Shown: positions 1 to 20,343 of the stretch, one piece after another
Numbering within the stretch: position 1 is the first letter of the stretch
Layout of the letters: every line of letters starts with the position of its first letter
NCBI RefSeq assembly: GCF_009914755.1
Contig: NC_060933.1
Length of the DNA stretch: 64,000 nucleotides
Origin: the human T2T-CHM13v2.0 reference genome, Homo sapiens
Direction: 5' to 3' (one strand)
The notes under the pieces: model-generated
Told to the model about the DNA's origin: nothing
Databases searched by the model: none
The model's input: only the letters and a program-made list of their open reading frames with translations
Position numbers and translations under genes: made by a program

Positions 1-97
1 CGGGAGGCGGAGGTTGCAGTGAGCTGAGATTGTGCCACTGCACTCCAGCCTGGGCAACACAGCGAGACTCCATCTCAAAAAATAAAAAATAAAAAAA
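1..97 (+). mobile_element. Alu (partial, 3' end)
   Basis: Right-arm consensus plus A tail. Confidence 0.95.
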
Positions 98-174
98 TAG
101 AAACCTCCCTGGATTGTATGCTTCAGCTCTGTGCATATCATTGCATGTAAACATCATCTCCATTTTTAAAATAG

Positions 175-738
<564 letters not shown>

Positions 739-1861
739 GATCTTTCTAAAATACACCTCTGATCTTGTCAATTGTTGGCTTAAAATTCCTCAGTGGTTCC
801 CCATGGAGTCCTGGGTCAAGCCTAGTACAGAAGATCAGTTGTGAGCTTGTCTTTTTCTCTAGCCTCATCTCTGACATTCATCCCAACCTACCCTCACCCT
901 CCCAATAATAACCTTTCAGAGGACCTTTCCTTATCCTCTCCCCTCAGAAATTAAGTGCCTCCCCTGGGCTCCCACAGCACCCAGAGAACAGCTCTAGCCA
1001 ACATTTTAAACATGTGAAACAAAACACAGAGCACACAAAGCAAATGTGTAGTTTAGAGAATCATTTTACAAGGCAAGTATCCTGTTCACCACCACCTGGA
1101 TCAAACACAAAACCTTGCAAGCCCCCTAAAAGCCTCTCTGTGTCCCCCATTCCAACGCTTCCTCAAAAAGTAAGTTCAGTCTTGATTTGTGTAGAAATCA
1201 CATCTGAGCATTTCTTTATGGTTTTATCACCTCAGTACACATCCTTAGAGGCCATAGTTTTTAGTTTTGTCCTTAAGTTTTTGGCTTGATAGGTCTTTTG
1301 ATTCTCATTTCATCTGCTGGTTCCCCTCTATCTTTTCTTTACAATTTATTTGTTGAAAACCCTGACTCATCTGACCAGAGTTTCTCATGGTCTCAATTTT
1401 GCTGACTGCATGCATTACTTGAAGGAGAGCTCACTTGTTCCTGTCACCTGCACTTCCTGCATGCTGGCACTGGATCCAGAGGCTTGCTCAAACCCAGGTT
1501 CAACCCCTTTAGCAATACTACAAGTGGCATTGTACCTTTTTATTAGGAGCCACATTTCTGGTTGTCTCTTTTTTGATGTTAGTAGCCAGTGGTGCTCAAT
1601 GCCTCTATCCAGCAATTCACTGGTGGTAACGAAATGTTAATACTCTTAATTCACCAAAGAACACTAAAAACAGTACAAAACAAAACAAAAACCAAGCCCA
1701 ATCAAAACTCATTTGGCTTTGATAAGCTGAAATAATTTTATAAGAAGATTTTATAATTCTATTCATCCACTATTTGGTTATCCAGTGGCACAGTACATAT
1801 AGGAAGAGCCAGCTTAATGCTTTCATTTTATTTCTCAGTTTTCTTTTTTTGTTGTCTCAGG

Positions 1862-2451
<590 letters not shown>

Positions 2452-2506
2452 TATTTCTCAGTTCTCAAGATAATGAATGGGTTCCCTGTTGTTCTCTGAA
2501 GGTGAC

Positions 2507-4681
<2,175 letters not shown>

Positions 4682-4685
4682 GTGA

Positions 4686-5050
<365 letters not shown>

Positions 5051-5238
5051 TGACACGTATTTTATGGGTTTCAAGTCTTTGAAATCCCTACTTTTATTAA
5101 AGTTCAAATTAAGCTATCTTTGGCCCCACATTGGTTCCTCAGTCCTCCTGGCACAACCCCTGTACCCTCTGATAGCTTCCTTGCTATGTGGTATGGCTAG
5201 ATAGCATAACAGCTTCTTTCTTTAAGAAGTTGTCTTTA

Positions 5239-5630
<392 letters not shown>

Positions 5631-6700
5631 TAGAGATCCTTTGCTTGGTTTACCCCAATGGTAACATTTTGCAAAACTATAGTATAATATCCCACTAGCA
5701 TGGTGACATTGATATAGTCCAAGGTCTAATTTAGATTTCTCCAGTTTTACTTGTACTCACTTGTGTATGTGTATTAAGTTCTATACAATTTTATCACCTG
5801 TGTAACTTTGTGTATCTATGACCAGTAAAGACGGTGAACAGTTCCAACACCATATGGATCCCTTGTGTTGCCCTTTTGTAACTATACACGTCTCAATTCT
5901 CCCTCCTCTCTCCTGTCCCTAACCACTGGCAACCATTAATCTGTCCTCCAGTTCTAAAACTGTATCATGTCAAAAATGTTATATAAGTGGAATTATACAG
6001 TGTGTCACCTATTGAGACTGGCTTTTTTTCATTCAGTGTAATTCGATGGAGGCTCATCCTACTTGTGGTGTGCATCAATAGTTTGTTTATGATGCTGAGG
6101 ACTATTTCGTGCTATGGATGTACCATATCCAGTAGTGTGTATTTGCAGAATTGACAGATGCATTCATATGTGCAATACAACCCCCTACCAAGAAATGGAA
6201 TACTCCAGAAAGTTCTCTCATGACTCTTCCATCAAGTTCCACCCCCGACCCCAAGAGGCAACCACTGTTTTCTTTTCTCTTATCTCCTCAAATTCCTACT
6301 ATCATGATTTTCTACTACAGATTAGTTTTGTCTGTTCTAGAATTGCATATAAATGGGATCATGCAGTATGTATTCTTCTGTGTAAGGCTTCTTTCATTCA
6401 GCATAATATTTTGAGATTCATTCATTTCATTGCATGTAGTTTACTTTTTAACTGCTCAGTAGTATTTCATTGTATTAAGTGTTAATATATCACAGTTTAA
6501 AAAAAATTAATTCTCCTCGATGGAAACCTGAATTACTTTCAGTTTGGGGCTATTATGGATAATACTGCTGTGAATATTCTTATATAAGTGTTTTTGTGGA
6601 CACGTTTTAATTTTTCTTGAGTCAATACTTAGGAGTGGAATTCCTAGGTTCTTTTCCCAGAGAGGCTATACTATTTTACACGCCTACCAAGAAAGATTAA

Positions 6701-6904
<204 letters not shown>

Positions 6905-6987
6905 TAAAATTTTATCATTCTGGTGGGTATGTAATGGTATATCATTTTGGTTTTAATTTGCATTTTCTTCATAATACACGATGTTGA

Positions 6988-7356
<369 letters not shown>

Positions 7357-8151
7357 CTTTTGTCTGTTTTTAATTGTTTTTTTTATATATATATTTAATT
7401 ATAGGACTTCTTTATATGTCCTTTGCCAGATACATGTTCTTTGAATATTTTCTCCCAATCTGTGGTTTGCCTTTTCATTGTCTTAATGGAATCTTTTGAT
7501 GAGAAGTTTTTAATTTTGATGAAGTCTAACTTACCATTTCTTTCTTTTTATGATTATTTTCTTCTATCTGTCTGAGAAAGCTTTGTTAATTCCTAAGTCA
7601 TGGATATAATCTCTTGTCTAAAAGCTTTGTGGTTTTGACTTTTACATACTGTTCTATGATCCATCATGAATTAATTTTTGTTATGGTATGAGGTAGTGGT
7701 TGAGGTTCATTCTTTTTCTATGTGGATATCAAGTTATTCTAGCACCATTTGTTGAAAACAGTCTCCTTTCCTTATTGGGTTGCTTTGGTGCCTTTTTCAA
7801 AAAAAACAAACAATGGTAGTGTGGGATTATTTCTGGACTATTTGTTTCATTGATCTACTTGTCAATCCTTATGCCAGCACCACAGTATCACCACATTTTT
7901 GACACTTTTTTTCCTTTTATGCATTATGCTTTTGGTATCAAGTTTAAGAACTTTTTACCTAGCTCTAGATCCTAAAGATTTTTTCCTGTGTTTTTTTCTA
8001 AAAGTTTTATAGTTTACACTGTATACTTAAGCCTATGGTCCATCTTGAGTTAATTTCTTATTGAAGTGTAAGTTGAAGTTTTTCTTTTTAGCCTATGGTT
8101 ATCCAACTGTCCCAGGACCATTTGTTAAAAAGGTTATCCTTTCTCCATTGA

Positions 8152-8520
<369 letters not shown>

Positions 8521-10488
8521 TGTTCTGTATTCTTTAATGGAATATGTCAAAACCACAATCTGGATATTAGACATGCTTTTTCTACTGGCTTGGTCATTGT
8601 TTCTAAGCCTTTTGCATCCTCCACTGGATTGTTTACGATAGGGACTGGGTACTTTTCTCTCTGAAGACTCAATACCTGGCGTTGACTCCTTTCTCTATTA
8701 CAACTATTCAGGGCAACAGAAAAGACAAGGAGAGCATTCTTAGCTACAGGGTGCCTACATTATTCCAATACTGGGTCTACGTGTCCATGCACTATGAGAG
8801 TAGGATTCTGATTTTTCCCAGGCTATGGGTTCTTTTAGGCAATGATGCCAATAAGTGATGATTTATGATTACTTACAATTGACCCGACCATCATCACAAG
8901 ACAGTAGTACCTCTGGCAGCTCAAATGAACCCTTTTATATTGAACTCTCACGTAACTCACTCTTTCCCTCACAACTTCATATCCTTGCACTCTACATCCC
9001 TTCTGAGCCTTACCCCAGACCTCTTTACCCCTTCGGAGGCCTTGGATGGCTCTGCCTCTAATTATACTTTTCTTAATTTGAATGTTGCTTTTCTCCTCAC
9101 AAAGTCATTCTCATGAGGAAGGAGCTCTGCCAGGACCTGAGTGGGGTAGATGCAGTTCAGCCTCAGTTAGGACCTCTCCTCCAACCATGTTCTTGGCTTG
9201 CCTCACTTGAGAAGTAATTTTAAAATGTTATTTTGCTGTCTTTCCATAAAGTTTTGGTGACCTATACGTGGTACTCTGAATTCAGTGACTTCACATATTA
9301 CATTTCATCTAGCTGGCCTTGACCGTTCACAAAGTCCATTTCTAGCTAGCTCAGATAATCTCCCTCCCACATAACAGCTTACATACTATGTCCCCACACG
9401 GTTTACATTTATCTTTCTACATTTCTTATCTATTTCCCTATAAAGAGGGGCTCATCTATAATACTTTTCTAGCTGTCCTGGTTTCATTTTTTTCCTTATT
9501 ATTTAGCCACTTCAATTTAAAACCACCAGAAGGACATCATTATCCCCATTTTCATAACCTTCCATATGAAAGTATGCTAACCATCAACTACCCAAACATT
9601 TCCTCCCAGTGGGCGATCTCATCTTAACCAGGACCAACTGCTGCATCTGAAAGGAGTATTTTTAATCATTGCTAAGAGCTTTGACGTACTTGTTAGAATC
9701 TGTATTCTCATCGTCCCCACAGGCTGCTCTTGATTTCTGAGCTCCTCTGAGTATAACCATATACTCTTCTTTCAGGGAGCACCATATACTGCGCACTTTC
9801 TGAGATGCTTTATCCATGATGTTCTTTCCTTCTACAAGGGGCAACTCTGACAGGTGTTCAAGAGTGAATCAGCTAACACTAAAGGAACCTAATCTATACC
9901 ACCTTCCAGGTGAGAGGCTTCCATATGGTCTTTTGCAGGACTTTCCATTAGGGTTCTCCTGGGATCTATTGCTAATGGTTGGTATACCAAGTCTCAGGAG
10001 GGACTTGGAATAAGAGAGACCCAAATTGCAACCACCAACCCTCATAAATGCATCTCTGCTTCTCAACTCGAGCCTAGTTTACTTTACTATATAAGTGTTC
10101 AACCCAGTCAATGCATTGTGTGCCCCATGTGACATCCCATAGTATCCAGCACTGACAATTTCTGTCCCAGATGGGTTTCCCCCATTTCCCATAGTAGCTC
10201 ATCAATAATGAATACCCTAGGCTATCATAATTCACTTACAGAGAATACAGCAAGAACCCCACATACCATCCAATATGCAGCACAAAGTACAGGCTTAATA
10301 ACAGTGTTTTTAAGTAAACGAATAATCAGAAATGAGCCCCCATCATGCCCCCACCTCAAATTTTAGGTGAATAATTAATGTATCACCCATTAGGTGATAG
10401 CAACCATTTGCTGTCATAGCTAATAACAATGTGAGATAGAAGGAATTAAGCACTACTGCAGCTTATAGAGATCAAGAAGAAAGAAAAT

Positions 10489-10990
<502 letters not shown>

Positions 10991-11249
10991 CACTTTGATG
11001 CAGCATCCTTCTTCCTCAGCTTCAACCCTTTCAGTGAAGCAGCTGTCTCTGTATCATGCAAAGACCAATCATTTCAAAGCCAAAAGACCTGGGGTCAAGT
11101 TGCAGGTGACCTTGAACAAGTCACTTAACCTCTCTGGGCCTCAGGTTCCTCATATATAAATTGGGGACCTTGATAGCACCCAAAGGCTTGCTGTGATGAT
11201 TAAAAAATTGAAAGCACATTACATTGGGAATCAATGCTCTTCATCAACT

Positions 11250-11610
11250 GCTTCCAGTTTTCTTTCCTTCTGGGCACATGACAAGATTGTACATCTGATC
11301 CCTCCTGAGGTCAAATGGGGCCACAAGACTAGTACTAACCAATGGGTTTTGAGTAGAAGAGATGTGCGTTACTTCTCGACTAGAGCACTTCATTGCCTAT
11401 GCAAGATCATCCACAGCTTGCTTTTCTCTGTGGCACAGCAACTGGCAACATTTGAGATGACGGTTACTCTAGGAACCTGGATCCTTAAATGATTAGAGTA
11501 AGCAGAGATCCCGACCAAGCCAAGATGGACAAACACCATGCATGAAAAATACACCTTTGTTTGGGTTAAGGCACTAAGAACTTGCAGATTGTTTGTTACC
11601 ATAGCAGAGG
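11250..11610 (+). mobile_element. Old MaLR LTR (MLT1J-like)
   Basis: MLT1-type motifs ttccttctgggcacatg...ttgtttgttaccatagca. Confidence 0.55.
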
Positions 11611-12542
11611 CTGAAAGAGCATATGAAACTCTAAAGGGCATTATTATAAAGCCCTCGGACACCTTGAGATTGACTTCACTACTCTTCCCCAGGTGGTGTC
11701 AGTTCTGACCCCTTGGAGCCACTGGTGCTCGACCCTCTTTCACAAGTTGCATGATGGGAAAGGCCCTGAATGCCAGACTAAGAAGCTTGTACTGTCTATT
11801 ATAGATTCCTCAGAAGGGAAGTGGCCTGATCAGAGCTATATTTTAAGGAGATCCATCCAGGAGAGGTATTTAGGTGGAACAGTGAGGGCAGGAACTCACA
11901 ATTTTGCAAATATTAATTGTAATTTCTTTCCCTTAGGATGATGTGAGGGTGTCTGGGGGATTTGGGGCCAAGCCACCTGACGTAGAAACTACTGGAGCTT
12001 CGGTTTCTTGGGGTTCCAAGAAGCCCACCTATAGTAGGAAGCACATGGTTTAGTCACTGGCCTCTCAGGGGAAGGGGGATTTCCTAGCAGGTTACTGTCA
12101 ACCCTTCAGCATTTGTTTTCCCCCAAACTTGCCTGTGTACCCAACTCCAGGGCTCTGTATCTAGAATGAAGCCAACAATTGCCCCCTCTTGACTCCGAGC
12201 ACACATGCACATTTCCTATCATTCCATTTGGCTTTATTTACTATATCTTTACACTAATCCATGGAGATTCATGAAACAACAGGGATTTCTTAGAACAAGG
12301 TAACACTTTTTATTTTATTTTATTTTTTTTAATGCATTCAAGTTTTGCCTTTCCGTTTTACCACTGGGGCCTCTGCATGTGGAATTAAAAGTAACAAATG
12401 TCCCCAGAGCCTGTGCACCTGGAGTGTGATGCCTGTAAAGAACTGGAAAAACAATGATGGAAGCCTGTCTGGGATGGAGGGAGTATGGCCTGAAGTAGGC
12501 CCCAAGTGGTTCCGTTTTTTGATTAAAAAAACTTTTTATTTT

Positions 12543-13027
<485 letters not shown>

Positions 13028-14640
13028 TGTTCCATTTTTTATGGTCCCAAGAGTGTTAGAACTCAGAGTTTCTGTGTAGCACTCTCCTAACCTCCCACTG
13101 GAGGTATCCACATGCCTCTGGGCCACCTGGTGTCCCCAGCCTCAGTGGGAGAGAAGGAGGCAAGTCCCATAAGACTTGGCTCTCAACAAGCAGGCTCTCT
13201 GCTGCTGCCTCGCCCTGTGACTTCAGCACGTCCTTGAACCTTTCTGAACCTATTTCCTTGCCTCTAAACTGAGGCTGACAATGGCTGGCCTGATACACCT
13301 CATGCAGATTTTGACAATTTCCAGAGAAAAAAATCATTTATTCAACAAACATTCGTTGATTGCCTATGTGCCGAGCATTGTTCCAAGAACTGAAAAGCAG
13401 TAAATGAGGCAAAGTCCCTACCTTCAGAGACAGACAATAAACGAAAAAGATATTAACATAAATGCTATGAAGAGAAATAAAGCAGGTTAAGGGGTATATG
13501 TGCATGCATGTGCTATTTCAGACAGGGTTGTCAAGGAAGGTCTCTGAGGAAGTGACATTTGAATAGAGACCTGAATGACATTTAAAGCCATGGCATGGAC
13601 TGAGATCACTGGTGAAGGAGTTAAGAGAGAGAAGCAATCTGATGAACAAGCCCTTGGCCAGTCTAACATCTCAACGGCATGACATGGAAACACATCTGTA
13701 AAGGGGAAAGTGGGAACAACCTCCCTCACAGCACTGTCCAGAGCTCTGCACCTGTGAGGCACTGGAAGGAAGGCTGCTGCTTTGTTCATTTGCTGTCTGT
13801 ACTCCCACTGCTTCTGGGAAGGGTGGGCTCCATGTGCCCGTTCACCAAGCACCAAGATGGGCAGGCAGGCTGGGGTCAGGAATAAAAACATCCCTCAGGG
13901 ATCTGCACTTGGGAGCTGTGTGGTGGGAGGAAGTGGCAACAGGGGAACGCTTTGGTATTAACAGTTGAGTATAAAGTGAAGCCCTTGCTTTGGCTCCCTG
14001 TAAGCTCTCTAATGTCTTGGTCGCTCACAAATTCTTTTGTGTGAGTGGATCTGTGAGGGGGCAGAGGGGACACAGGAAGTGCTGAGTTATTCCACAGGGA
14101 TGAACCACGGGAAAAGGGAAACACACCTGTGGACCCAGAGCGCCAGGTGACAGAGCCTGGGCACCTCTAGGAGGAAATTCCCTGTGGAATTAAATGTTTT
14201 TCTTCATTTATTGTCTGTCTCCCCTGAGTAAAATGTAAGCTCCTGAAGGGCAGAAACTTTGCATCACTGCTTTGCACTATGCCCAGAACTATGCCTGGCG
14301 CATAGCAGGTGCTCAACAATCATTTACTGAATAAATAATCACCCTCATCATTATCTGGTATATTAGCATAGCTGAGACTACTCAAATCATTAGCAATAGA
14401 TTCCCTGCTGCCACACAGATCCCTGTGGAATAAAAAAAGAAGTAAATAAGAACCCAAGTATGTATTCAACACTTGCTGTGTATAAGACCAAGTGGTTAGC
14501 ACCTTGTGAGTCAGTGGGAATCAGATAAAGACCCTGCTCTCAAGTCTGGCAGAACAAAGATATGTCTACCAAAAAACACCCAAAAGACAAAAAGAAAACC
14601 AAAGAAATCCCACAATTCAAGGGGAAAAATGCTTAGTGCC

Positions 14641-16982
14641 TGATATGGTTTGGCTGTGTCCCCCCAAAATCTCATCTAGAATTATACTCCCCATAATCCC
14701 CATGTGTCAGGGGTGTGACCAAGTAGAGATAATCAGATCATGAAGGCAGTTCCCCATGCTGTTCTCATGATAGTGAGTGAGTCTCACAAGATCTGATGGT
14801 TTTATAAGCCATCTGGCATTTCCCCTGCTTGCACTCATTCTCTCTCCTGCCACCCCGTGAAGAGGTGCCTTCTGCCATGATTGTAAGTTTTCTGAGGCCT
14901 CCCCAGCCATGCAGAACTGTGAGTCAATTAAACCTCTTTTGTTTATAAATTACCTAGTTGTGGGTATTTCTTAACAGCAGCATGAGAACAGACTAATACA
15001 GTAAATTGGTACTACAGAGAGTGGGGTGCTGCTGTAAAGATACCTGAAATGTGGAAGCGACTTTGGAACTGGGTAACAGGCAGAGGCTGGAATGGTTTGG
15101 AGGGCTCGGAAGAAGACAGAAAAATGTGGGAAAGTCTGGAACTTCCTAGAGACTTAGAGGGCTCAGAAGACAAGAAGATGTGGGAAAGTTTGGAGCTTCT
15201 TAGGGACTTGTTGAATGGCTTTGATCAAAATGCTGATAGTGATATGGACCATGAAGTCCAGGCTGAGGTGGTCTCAGATGGAGATAAGCCACTTCTTAGG
15301 AACCGGAGTAAAGGTAACTCTTGCTATGCAAAGAGACTCACAGCATTTTGTCCCTCCCCTAGAGATTTGTGGAACTTTGAACTTGAGAGAAATGATTCAG
15401 GGTATCTGGCAGAAGAAACTTCTAAATGACAAAGCATTCAAGAGGAAGCAGAGCATAAAAGTTTGGAAAATTTGCAGGAGATCATTTTGGAATTTTAAGG
15501 TTTAATGACTGGCCTATTGGATGTGATAGAAAAGAAAACCCCATTTTCTGGGGAGAAATTCAAGCCCAATGCAGAAATTTGCACAAGTAATGAGGAATGT
15601 TAATCACCAAGATAATGCAGAAAATGTCTGCAGGGCATGTCAGAGAACTTCAAGGCAGCCCCTCCCATCACAGGCCCAAGGCCTAGGAGGGAAAAATGGT
15701 TCCATGGGCCTGGGCCAGGCACAGGGACCCTCTGCTCTGTGCAGCCTTGGGACATGGTACCCTGCATCCCAGCTGCTTCAGCTGCAGCAGTGGCTAAAAG
15801 GGGCCAAGGTACAGCTTGGGCCATTGCATCAGAGGGTGCAAGCCCTACTCACTGGTGGCTTCCACATAGTGTTGAGCCTGTGGGTGCACAGAAGTCAAGA
15901 ACTGAGGTATAGAAACCTCTACTTAGATTTTAGAGCATGTATGGAAACAGCTGGATGTCCAGGAAGAAGTTTGCTGCAGGGGTGGAGCCCTCATGGAGAA
16001 CACCTGCTTGGGCAGTATAGAAGGGAAATGTGGGGTCGGGGCCCCCACACAGAGTCTCCACGGGGGCACTGCCCAGTGGAGCTGTGAGAAGAAGGTCACC
16101 ATCCTCCAGACCCCACAATGGCAGATCCACTGAGAGCTTGCATCATGTGCCTGGAAAAGCTGCAGACACTCAACACCAGCCTGTGAAAGCAGCCAGGAGG
16201 TGGGTTGTATCCTGCAAAGCCACAGGGGTGGAGCTGCCCAAGGCTGGGAGCCCACCTTTTGCATCAGCATAACCTGGATATGAGACATGCAGTCAAAGGA
16301 GATCATTTTGGAACTTTAAGGTTTAATAACTAACCTATTGGATTTTGGACTTGCATAGGGCCTGTAGCCCCTTTGGCCAATTTCTCCCATTTGGAGTGGG
16401 TATATTTACCCAATGTCTGTACCCCCACTGTATTTAGGAAGTAACTAGCTTGCCTTTGATTTTACAGGCTCATAGGCAGAAGGGACTTGCCTTGTCTCAG
16501 ATGAGACTTTGGACCTGGACTTTTGGGTTAATGCTGGAATGAGTTAAGACTTTGGGGTACTGTTGGAAAGGAATGACAGTGTTTTGAAATATGAAGACAT
16601 GAAATTTGGGAGGGCCCAGGGGCAGAATGATATGGTTTGGCTGTGTCCCCGCCCAAAATATCATCTTGAATTATAATTCCCACAATCCCCATTTGTCAGG
16701 GGAGGGACCATGTAGAGGTAATTGGATCATGGGGCACGGTTTCCCCCATGCTGTTCTCGTGATAGTGAGTCCCATGAGATCTGATGCTTTTATAAGTCTC
16801 TGGAATTTCCCCTGCTTGCACTCATCTCTCTCCTGCCACCCTGTGAAGAGGTGCCTTTCACCATGATTGTAAGTTTCCTGAGGCCTCCCCAGCCATGTGG
16901 AACTGTGAGTCAATTAAACCTCTTTTCTTTATAAATTAGTCTCAGATATTTCTTCATGGCAGCGTGAGCACAGACTAACACA
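14641..16982 (+). mobile_element. Full-length THE1 (THE1C-like) MaLR retrotransposon: LTR 14641-15000, internal 15001-16627, LTR 16628-16982
   Basis: Both LTRs start TGATATGGTTTGGCTGTGTCCC and end ACTAAYACA. A purine-rich tract precedes the 3' LTR. TSD GTGCC at 14636-14640 and 16983-16987. Confidence 0.95.
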
Positions 16983-17179
16983 GTGCCATAAAAAAGGGAA
17001 AGCCCTTGTTTAAAGAACAAAAATGTGACCTCCAGCTAGGGAAACAAACCAATAATAATGGAAGACAACAAAAACAGCAGCAGGTAGCTTTTACTCAGTA
17101 CTGCTATTTGAGGGGCACAATATTAAGTGCTTTTCATGCATTATTTCATCCTATTCCCTGAAGATCTCTTCAAGCCTTA

Positions 17180-17320
17180 CAACTCAAAATGTGCTCCCAG
17201 GACCTAGGAGCTTGTTAGAAGTGGCAGACATTGGGCACCACCGTGTACCTCCTGGATCAGATTTGGCATTTTAACAACATCACCAGGGAACTGATGTGCA
17301 CCCTAAATTTGAGAAGCAAT
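17180..17320. mobile_element. MER5A-like hAT MITE
   Basis: ggagcttgttagaa...gcattttaacaa...tttgagaagca. Confidence 0.6.
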
Positions 17321-17984
17321 GACTGAAATTAATACTGTCTTCATTTTTCAGTTCAAGAAACTAAACTTATGTGACAAATGGCTTGCCCCAATCACTCGTT
17401 AGAGAGGTGCAGAACCACTGAAGCCCAGCCTGTCCCCAGAGACTCTTGTTTTTAACCACTAAGCCAAGCTTCATGGAGGAGCTGGTATCTGAACTGGACT
17501 CTGAAATTTGCATAGGACTGGGACATTCAGAGGAGGAAGAAAGGGGGCTATAGCAGAGGAAACAGCATCAGCAAAAGCTCCTGAGGTAGAAAACCTTCAG
17601 CTGGGCTTAGGACATGTTGGGAGGTTCAGTCTGGCTGCAGCTCCAGGAGTCTGAAGGGATCAGTGAGAAAGGCCACCTGTATTAGTTCACATGGAACACC
17701 CTTAGCCAAAGGTAAACAGTTTCTAGTTAATTTGGGGGACCATGGGGAGCTGCCATGAGTCCCAGCACAAAAGGCCCTATGCGTGCTGAAATGACTCTGA
17801 CAAAAGGGACCCAACAGGCTTCATTCACACTCTAGTTTGGGCTCTGCCTCTCCCTTGCAGACTAATCATGACGGCAGGTGACTTAACTCTTGTTTCACAT
17901 TTGTATAACAAGGGAAACACACTTTCTACCTACAGAGGGCCATACTAGTATCAAAGTGTTGGAATTTAGTTTCTAATAAAAAAG

Positions 17985-18187
<203 letters not shown>

Positions 18188-18808
18188 CTATTTAGTATTG
18201 ACAGGAAAAGAAAAAATTTCTCTTCCAACATTATGAGGCACACAAGCCTCACAGGCACAGCGTAAATAACTACAAACTGTATTAACTGAGCAACTGTAAT
18301 GGATTAATGATTTAAAATCTTTCTTCAAATCAAAGTAAATGTCCCTAGCTTTGTGGAGTAAACTGTTCTAAAGTAATAGTAAAATATTATAACCCCAAAG
18401 AGCCCTGTACACACACCTACACACACCATCGGAAATGAGACAAAACTTAAATTTGAAGATGAGAAAAACTTCAGCTGGGCTTTTCATCATTTCTTCAAAC
18501 CGTAGCTCTCTTCAGCGTGAGAAATAACCATCTGTTTCTTATTTTCAGCTTTGAAATTTGATGACATAAACCAGAAAGCTGTGTTCTGATGGTGCTTTCT
18601 GAGTGGGCTTGGAGCCATAAGGACCCTCTCTCCTTTCAATGCACTGCCTGTTCATTTTGGTTTACTTAGGAGACAGAAGGGGAGTTGCAGGGGGGTCCCC
18701 AGATCCAGGTTTTAGTACTGATTCTCACATAAATTTATTGCATGTCCTTGAAGGGGCAGGCAAGGGTGTTTTGAGGGCTTACTAAATGCCAGGTGTTTTT
18801 TACATGTC

Positions 18809-19139
<331 letters not shown>

Positions 19140-19835
19140 TAATGAGCACTTATAACAACCAAAACGTAGTATGCTTATCCTCAATTCCTATGAGTAAACA
19201 TTTATTGTGTGGTAATATTTTAGTGCATAACAATTGCAGGATCAAATTCATTCTTATTTCATGATCTGTGAGTTTATATATATGTGATGGTGGGGCTAGA
19301 AGTTCCTATATCATCACTTCACAAGTTAGGAACCCCAGTACTCCAAGAAAGGAACTAGGAGGCACCATGCCTGGCTAATTTTTGCATTTTTAGTAGAGAT
19401 GGGGTTTCACCATGTTGGCCAGGCTGGTCTTGAACTCCTGACCTCAGGTGATCTGTCCGCCTCGGCCTCCCAAAGTGCTGGGATTCCAGGCATGAGCCAC
19501 TGCACCTGACCTTAGCTATGTCTGCCCAGCACCTTCCCTCTTCTGCGTCCTCAGGGGAACCCCGCTTCTACTCTATTTAGTCCTGCTGGGGCTGCCACTG
19601 AGAGTGTTGCAGTCCTCTACCTCACAGGATGGATACTTGACCCAAAGAAGACAGTAAGAATCCCCCATCCTCTTGCAAGGAATGGGGCAACTCAAAAGAG
19701 TCCATATGAGGAATGAAGCCAAACTCAGACAATTAAGGTGAGAGACTGCAAGAGATCAAAGGGCCAGGGACACAGTAACATTTTCTTTTTAAAGCCAACT
19801 GATGTTCTTTTTCAAGTTCAGATACTTTAAGCTGA

Positions 19836-20170
<335 letters not shown>

Positions 20171-20343
20171 GCACACATCCCCACCCACCCAATTTACTTT
20201 GTTTTCAAGAAACCAATTTACTTTGTTTTCTCAGGTAAATTATTTACTCTCTTCCTTTTTCTCTCTGTAGGCTAGTAAGACTCCAATCAAAGTTGATACA
20301 TTGTATTTACATCTCCTCTACCCTAAGGTGGAAAAAGGATAAA

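Noticed and set aside
15049-16306. ORFs up to 172 aa in the THE1 interior, and the ~52-bp tandem repeat near 15100-15210
   Set aside because: Decayed MaLR internal ORF fragments. I recall the tandem repeat being common in THE1 interiors.
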